This document shows, in pieces, positions 56,965 to 64,000 of a stretch of 64,000 nt of DNA; within the stretch, counting starts at the first letter, position 1; each line of letters starts with the position of its first letter. The notes under the pieces are model-generated. The model had not been told where the DNA came from, ran no database searches, and saw only the letters and a program-made list of their open reading frames with translations. The DNA comes from Macrostomum lignano (lineage: Eukaryota): the NCBI GenBank assembly GCA_002269645.1, contig NIVC01000264.1, positions 311,957-375,956 of the forward strand. The letters run 5' to 3'. The translations under genes and the position numbers were made by a program.

Positions 56965-59900
56965 ATGGGTACAAATAAATGCCAACGGTTGCTCGCCTAC
57001 GAACTGTGAGTTCAGCCACTGAGTTCAGTCTCACTCTGCCTGTTCTGAATGATTGCCGCAGCCAACAGTGGCTGCACTTTATTTCCAAAATGTTGTTTAG
57101 AATTGATGCTCATTCTGTCCGACAATATCGGTGTTTGTCCCTGAGTCGGTGTGTGTCCCTGAGTCTGTGCGTGTCCCTGAGTCTGTGTTTGTCCCTGAGT
57201 CTGTGTGTGTCCCTGAGTCTGTGTTTGTCCCTGAGTCTGTGTGTGTCCCTGAGTCTGTGTGTGTCCCTGAGTGGGTGCGTGTCCCTGAGTGGGTGCGTGT
57301 CCCTGAGTCTGTGCGTGTCCCTGAGTCGGTGTGTGTCCCTGAGTCTGTGTGTGTCCCTGAGTGGATGCGTGTCCCTGAGTCTGTGTGTGTCCCTGAGTCT
57401 GTGTGTGTCCCTGAGTGGGTGCGTGTCCCTGAGTCGGTGTTTGTCCCTGAGTCGGTGTGTGTCCCTGAGTCTGTGCGTGTCCCTGAGTCTGTGTGTGTCC
57501 CTGAGTGGGTGCGTGTCCCTGAGTCGGTGTTTATCCCTGAGTCGGTGTGTGTCCCTGAGTCTGTGCGTGTCCCTGAGTCTGTGTGTGTGTCCCTGAGTCT
57601 GTGTGTGTCCCTGAGTCTGTGTGTGTCCCTGAGTCTGTGCGTGTCCCTGAGTCTGTGCGTGTCCCTGAGTCTGTGTTTGTCCCTTGAGTCTGTGTGTGTC
57701 CATGAGTCGGTGTGTCGTCTTTGTCTATCTGTCTGTCTGTCTGTCTGTCTGTGTCTGTCTGTCTGTCTGTCTGTCAGTCTAGTAAAAGTACCTCTCCTGC
57801 ACGCACAGGCAAAGCCTGTTTAGCCAGACCCCCCGCTCTCCCACAAGGCGAGACTCTGTGGACAGAGCAAAGCAAACACCGCAGCGCAACTGCAAAAAGT
57901 TCAGCCAGCCCGACTCGCGCAGATTCGATTTTGAATTCAGTAAAAAATAGTGTTGAATAAAATCCGACATAACTCTCCTAAAGCACATGAGCTGTAATTG
58001 AATTTGCCACATTGCAGGTCCCAAGGTCAAGCAGGCATAACTACTCTCGTATTTTTCTGGCTTCAGTTTTGTATTAAATTTTATATGGATGCTTTTTTAG
58101 CAATCTGCTCCATCTGCTCATTTTTTCTACCCCCTCTCTCTCCCTCCCACTTCCTCTCCCCTCAGTTCCCCCTTAAACCCCTCCCCGCCTAACAATGCCC
58201 CGCCTGATATCCTAGCAACAGGTGTTGAGTCCCTGGCAACGCCAGCCCTGAGGCAGAGGATTTAGATATCTATATCTGCATCGCTTAACACAAGCGCAGC
58301 ATCTGCTCAGAGCCACATTCCGGCAGTGTCGCAGCTGCAGCCTGAAACCCAGGAAGCTGAGCTATTGATCTCCTTAGTGATGGAGCCGCCGTTTGGGAGA
58401 TTCCCGCCAGCCTCTGGCTCCGGGCCTTCACGCAACAGGGCCTACACTACACTGGGTGAGCGACTCACTTCTGCGGCTGAGAGCTTCTCAGCCTGGCTCT
58501 GCCTGCATCCCAACCTTCATCTCCCTGCATCCCAATCTCCAACTCCCTGCATCCCAATCTCCAACTCCCTGCATCCCAATCTTCAACTCCCTGCATCCCA
58601 ATCTCCAACTCCCTGCATCCCAATCTCCAACTCCCTGCATCCCAATCTTCAACTCCCTGCATCCCAATCTTCATCTCCCTGCATCCCAATCTCCAACTCC
58701 CTGCATCCCAATCTCCAACTCCCTGCATCCCAATCTCCAACTCCCTGCATCCCAATCTCCAACTCCCTGCATCCCAATCTTCAACTCCCTGCATCCCAAT
58801 CTTCATCTCCCTGCATCCCAATCTCCACTCCCTGCATCCCAATCTCCAACTCCCTGCATCCCAATCTTCAACTCCCTGCATCCCAATCTCCAACTCCCTG
58901 CATCCCAATCTCCAACTCCCTGCATCCCAATCTTCAACTCCCTGCATCCCAATCTTCATCTCCCTGCATCCTAGTCTTCAACTCCCTGCATCCCAATCTT
59001 CATCTCCCTGCATCCCAATCTCCACTCCCTGCATCCCAATCTCCAACTCCCTGCATCCCAATCTTCAACTCCCTGCATCCCAATCTCCAACTCCCTGCAT
59101 CCCAATCTCCAACTCCCTGCATCCCAATCTCCAACTCCCTGCATCCCAATCTTTATCTCCCTGCATCCCAATCTCCAACTCCCTGTTTCCTCTGTGTTTC
59201 CATGCCAAGAATTGATGACGGAGCCGAGCTTTCCTCTGTTCCAGACGATGTCAAAGCTTTCGAAGCGCGGGTCAAACTGGCAACACAACAACAGTATGAG
59301 TCTTGCGAACCAAAGCAGACGGCTGTGGCTGACACTAAAGAAGAAGAATCCAAAGCAGAAGTCAATAATTCGAATCTGGAAACTTCAGACACTAAGAAAG
59401 TAACTAAGAAAGACGAGAAGCTGTACAAAGCTTCATCTGTGGCCCCGGCAACCAGCCCAGCGCCGAAGCGATGCCAAAGCGGAGTCGATGGCGCCAAGAA
59501 CCGATCTTCTGAGTCCGGGGTCCCGCCGTCCCCCAGCAGCTGCTGCAGGCCCAAGACCGCCCCGGCCCGACTGTCTGCCGCCCGAGTCGCTTCCGGCAGC
59601 GCTGCGACCGGGAACTCCTACAATGAGGCTCTCGAAGTGCACGGCTGGAAGATGGAGATTCACGGCGATCCGCTCGGACTGAAGTGAGTTACGGTTGTGA
59701 GTGAGTGAGTGAGTGAGTGAGTGAGTGAGTGAGTGAGTGAGTGAGTGAGTGAGTGAGTGAGTGAGAGAGTGAGCGAGTGAGTGAGTGAGTGAGTGAGTGA
59801 GTGAGTGAGCGAGTGAGTGAGTGAGTGAGTGAGTAAGTGAGTGAGTGAGTGAGTGAGTGAGTGAGTGAGTGAGTGAGTGAGTGGTGAGTGAGTGAGTGAG

Positions 59901-60347
59901 TGAGTGAGTGAGTGAGTGAGTGAGTGAGTGAGTGAGTGAGTGAGTGAGTGAGTGAGTGAGTGAGCGATTGAGTGAGTGAGTGAGTGAGTGAGTGAATGAG
60001 TGAGCGAGTGAGTGAATGAGTGAGTGAGTGAGTGAGTCAGTAAGTCAGTCATTCGGTCAGTCAGTCAGTCAGTCAGTCAGGGCAACCCCAACCACCGCAG
60101 GTGGCCGCACCTGCCCCAGCTGAGGCTGATAAACATTACCATCCCGGAACCGGAAGTGAGGCCGCCGCCGCCGCGGATTTCCAGGCAGAACTGCAGCTCA
60201 TTTTTCCACGCCACAGTGCCAGCAGCTCAGCTGAGCTTCGACATTCACCCCAGGTTCGCCTCGGAAAAATTCAACAGATCGCGGGCAGCGCTGATGCGGC
60301 AGGGCAGGTGGGGCTTCGCCCACCGCGACTTCGCCTTCATTTATTGA
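56965..60347 (+). CDS. Uncharacterised protein (311 aa, 5 exons)
   Basis: Exons 56965-57005, 57809-57939, 58378-58455, 59245-59683, 60101-60347 sum to 936 nt with all phases matching and canonical GT-AG sites. Joins read RAYTTL-D-DVKAFEARVK and GDPLGL-K-WPHLPQ. Exons 4-5 are better supported than exons 1-2. Confidence 0.65.
57135..57777. repeat. 18-bp GTCCCTGAGTCTGTGTGT minisatellite followed by (TCTG)n
   Basis: About 31 copies in intron 1 of the 311-aa gene. Confidence 0.93.
58500..59185. repeat. 22-bp minisatellite CCTGCATCCCAATCTCCAACTC
   Basis: About 31 copies in intron 3 of the 311-aa gene. Confidence 0.94.
59696..60080. repeat. (GTGA)n then (CAGT)n microsatellite filling intron 4
   Basis: Starts 12 nt after the donor at 59684. 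Confidence 0.95.
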
Positions 60348-60584
60348 ACCGAAATATTCTCACATTTCCTTCGAGTTGTCAATGCAACTAATGGTGGCAA
60401 TGTACTTTAAGGAGTTTTCCTTAAAAACCGTTATTTCCACGTGTACATTGTTGACTTTCTCAATAAGTACATGAAAAATGTACGCGATTTTTACTAATAA
60501 ATGAGGACTTAAGATCCAAGTAATCTTTGACTTGTGCACCAAATCCAATTCTTGGAAATGCTTTTTCAAGCCTGGAAATAAAAT

Positions 60585-61495
60585 CTACAGAGAGTTGGGC
60601 GCCAGCTACAGAGGGGTTGGGCCCCAGCTACAGAGGGGTTGGGCGTCAGCTACAGAGGGGTTGGGCCCCAGCTACAGAGGGGTTGGGCCAGCTACAGAGG
60701 GGTTGGGCCCCAGCTACAGAGGGGTTGGGCGCCAGCTACAGAGGGGTTGGGCCCCAGCTACAGAGGGGTTGGGCGTCAGCTACAGAGGGGTTGGGCCCCA
60801 GCTACAGAGGGTTGGGCCCCAGCTACAGAGGGGTTGGGCCCCAGCTACAGAGGGGTTGGGCCCCAGCTACAGAGGGGTTGGGCCCCAGCTACAGAGAGTT
60901 GGGCGCCAGCTACAGAGGGGTTGGGCCCCAGCTACAGAGGGGTTGGGCGTCAGCTACAGAGGGGTTGGGCCCCAGCTACAGAGGGGTTGGGCCCCAGCTA
61001 CAGAGGGGCTGGGCGCCAGCTACAGAGGGGTTGGGCCCCAGCTACAGAGGGGTTGGGCGTCAGCTACAGAGGGTTGGGCCCAGCTACAGAGGGGTTGGGC
61101 CCCAGCTACAGAGGGGTGGGGCGCCAGCTACACAGGGGGTGGGGCGTCAGCTACACAGGGGGTGGGGCGTCAGCTACACAGGGGGTGGGGCCCCAGCTAC
61201 AGAGGGGTGGGGCGCCAGCTACAGAGGGGTGGGGCACCAGCCACAGAGGGGTGGGGCGCCAGCTACATAGAGGTTGGGCGCCAGCTACATAGAGGTTGGG
61301 CGCCAGCTACATAGAGGTGGGGCACCAGCCACAGAGGGGTGGGGCGCCAGCTACATAGAGGTTGGGCGCCAGCTACATAGAGGTTGGGCGCCAGCTACAG
61401 AGGGGTGGGGCGCCAGCTACACAGTGGTGGAGCGCCAGCTACACAGTGGTGGAGCGCCAGCTACACAGTGGTGGAGCGCCAGCTACAGAAGGGTT
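60585..61495. repeat. 22/23-bp minisatellite GCCCCAGCTACAGAGGGGTTGGG
   Basis: About 40 copies, diverging towards the right end. Confidence 0.94.
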
Positions 61496-61527
61496 GGATA
61501 CTCTTAGATACTCTTAGCTTCTCTTAG

Positions 61528-61821
61528 ATAATAATAATAATAATTGATTACACCTGTCCCAATCGGGCCAGATGTGCAACCGACAGCTCAGCCGCAGCTA
61601 TTGCGCGGCGCATCTGAAGGCTGCGTACGGCTGTTCAGTCCAAGGACTGGGCGGACGCCACACCCACCTTCAATTACCCCAGCTAATGCTGGCACCCATT
61701 TTACAGCTGGGTGAACTGAAGCAATGCAGATTTAAGTGTCTTGCTCAAGGACACAAATTGTATCAGTGGAGTTGGGCATCGAACCCCGACTTTGACGCTC
61801 TAACCACTAGGCTACAACCCC
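61528..61821 (-). mobile_element. Near full-length tRNA-derived SINE with a CORE-like central domain and (ATT)n tail
   Basis: Minus strand 5' GGGGTTGTAGCCTAGTGG (A box), GGTTCGATGCC (B box), GTGTCCTTGAGCAAGACACTT...CAGTTCACCCAGCTGTAAAATGGG, ending in ATTATTATT. Possible TSD CTCTTAGAT/CTCTTTGAT. Confidence 0.85.
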
Positions 61822-61904
61822 CTCTTTGATACTCTTAGATAGTGGATTTGCTGGATTTGCATATTTACTCAGTATCTGTTACTTTGTCTCGGATTTTTGA
61901 CTGA

Positions 61905-61998
61905 AGGTCGGGGGTTCGAATCTCAGCCCAGGGAAGACTATTTGTGTCCTTGAGCAAGACAATTAATTCCCCAGTGCTTCAGTTCACCCGCCTGTAAA
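61905..61998 (+). mobile_element. Truncated SINE copy (B box plus core), inverted relative to the neighbouring SINE
   Basis: GGTTCGAATCTC followed by GTGTCCTTGAGCAAGACAATT...CTTCAGTTCACCCGCCTGTAAAAT. Confidence 0.75.
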
Positions 61999-63277
61999 AT
62001 TATAAAGCAAAAACTATAAAGATCAGCACTTTGATGAAGATCAGGTAACAAATTCATATGTAAATCTGAAGCGTAGCATATTTAGTTTGGACATTCGACT
62101 TAAAAAATCAAATAAAATATCAAGAAAACATTGGTTGATAGTTATACCTATGATAACTATTTTGCAATGGACCTAAAATGAAATAATTTTTAACGCATCA
62201 AATTAAAAAACATAGTTACTTGGTTTCCATTAGAATCATAATTGAATATTTGGTTTTTAGATATTTTTCTGCGTGTGATTAGCTTGCACATGCAGTGCTT
62301 AGGATCGGACTCAACTGCGGTTAACAGGAGAACTACCAATAGATGGAGAATTCCTCCTCCTGTGACAATTTTTGCTGTGCCTGAACTTGTTCGCATGAAG
62401 CACACGAAGCCCAGGAACACGGGCCAAATTTTTTCTGCGCAACCTTATAAACAAGAACCAAGTTATCTCCTCTTCGGAACTTCGAAATACGAGTACTAAA
62501 CAATTCTGATAGAAGGTTCACCTTTTTCTATAAGGTGCACTCAATGTGCACTAATGCATTGTGTACACCATGTACGCCAATCGGGAATTGCACCTCAGTA
62601 CAGCTTTTCCAAAGAGAAAATTACTTCAGCTGTTTATCAAACCACATGTGTCTGCATCATTTCAGCTCATGATGCCTACTGGCGTTCGACTAGACCGAGC
62701 CAGTGGACCTGCAACATGTGGTACTAGCAGATTTCACGCAGTAAATTTTCCCAATCTTCATCAAGCCCTGGAAATTACACTAGGCCAGCTAAAGCATCTG
62801 TGAATAGCACTGGCATCCTTCTGAATAGCAGCCATTCATGTGCGAGTGGCGTGGCTCCGTTTCGGTGCACCAAAGTTTTCAGGGATCATTCAGGGGGTTT
62901 AAAAACGTGTGCCGAAATGGCTTGTAGTCCTGCTGCTAAGGATCATTTCTTTATCGGTCTTCTATAGTCAATCCTCCATAGGGTGCTTGATATCACTACA
63001 CTCGTATTAAACCAATTGCGAGAGAAAGTTTAGCTCTTTGCTGACAAATGACAAATTGATGACAAAATCAGGACTGGCTAGCCACAAATACTCGCAGAAC
63101 TAGTACCGTATAAGTACGAAAAGTGGATTTAAACAGAAAAAACAGTTACGGGCGCAAAAGGACCTTGAAAAAATTGAAAGCAATCACCGTCAAGTTTTTG
63201 AGAAAAAAGTCGTCATTAATAAAAAATTATGAATAGCCTTAGTCTTCTCGATTTGCGAACCTTCCTTCGCCTCTTAC

Positions 63278-63999
63278 CTTGGCACCGGTTTCAGTAGCTT
63301 CGGAACTTGTCCTATCGCTACGGGAGTGCTCATATACCGCCTCTCTCACTGCTGCTCGGCCTCGGAAGTGCTCACTGCCGCCTAGGCCTCGGAAGTGCTC
63401 ACTGCCGCCTCGGCCTCGGAAGTGCTCACTGCCGCCTCGGCCTCGGAAGTGCTCACTGCCGCCTCGGCCTCGGAAGTGCTCACTGCCGCCTCGGCCTCGG
63501 AAGTGCTCACTGCTCCTCGGCCTCGGAAGTGCTCACTGCCGCCTCGGCCTCGGAAGTGCTCACTGCCGCCTCGGCCTCGGAAGTGCTCACTGCCGCCTCG
63601 GCCTCGGAAGTGCTCACTGCCGCCTCGGCCTCGGAAGTGCTCACTGCCGCCTCGGCCTCGGAAGTGCTCACTGCCGCCTCGGCCTCGGAAGTGCTCACTG
63701 CCGCCTCGGCCTCGGAAGTGCTCACTGCCGCCTCTCGCTATGCCGCCTCGGCCAAAGTAGCTGCGCGAATTGTCCCTTTCGTCGGGATTGTTGGAAGCAC
63801 TAGTGTATAATGAAACATGATCAACGCTGCTTGCCGCTACTCCAGCACAAGTGACATCTTCGAGACCAGTTGCATCTCCAGCACCAGTAACATTTCCTCC
63901 GGTAACCGTGACATTAGATGCTACGTCTTCGGCATTTTTAGAATCTCCGACACAAGCAACTACCTGTGTTGAATGTGCGCCAGTGGGTACAACAGATCT
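63278..63999 (-). CDS. Partial exon of an RGG/RG-repeat protein running off the window edge
   Basis: Stop-free minus frame from 63999: ...DERDNSRSYFGRGGIARGG then (SEHFRGRGG)x8. A 1-bp-short unit near 63512 shifts the frame to a TAG at 63384-63382; the unshifted frame would run to a strong AAG|GTAAGA donor at 63278/63277. Confidence 0.65.
63350..63745. repeat. 27-bp tandem repeat CCTCGGCCTCGGAAGTGCTCACTGCCG (probably coding)
   Basis: About 14 copies; the unit length is a multiple of 3. Confidence 0.95.
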
Positions 64000-64000
64000 G

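Noticed and set aside
58326-59687. Single 453-aa ORF
   Set aside because: Its middle is a 22-bp repeat bounded by a GTGAGC donor (58456) and a strong TTCCTCTGTTCCAG acceptor (59244), so the spliced model is preferred.
61528-61998. tRNA genes
   Set aside because: A and B boxes are present, but there is no complete cloverleaf and they are followed by SINE core and tail sequence.

Overview
Eukaryotic (metazoan) genomic DNA with GC-rich exons and GT-AG introns, most of them packed with micro- and minisatellites. The style is consistent with a free-living flatworm such as Macrostomum, but this is an inference that was not verified. Most long ORFs in the supplied track are stop-free translations of tandem repeats and are not genes. 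Splice models were built by hand and checked for reading-frame phase. They give: an intronless sigma-like GST (+); a small secreted peptide-precursor-like ORF (-); a divergent nuclear receptor (-, at least 5 coding exons); AMP deaminase (-, 6 exons, 872 aa); a divergent Tudor-SN/SND1-like gene (-, 7 exons, 868 aa); a calmodulin-like gene (+, 2 exons); an unresolved ORF at about 55 kb; an uncharacterised 5-exon gene (+, 311 aa); and an RGG-repeat exon running off the right edge (-) that the ORF track lacks. Mobile elements are an 899-bp solo LTR inserted into a 44-bp satellite and tRNA-derived SINE copies. The most striking pattern is that several intronic arrays are built from sense-strand copies of splice sites. 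In one array the strongest decoy donors are folded into hairpins while the true donor is not. All coordinates were counted by eye and may be off by a few bases, especially at repeat edges.
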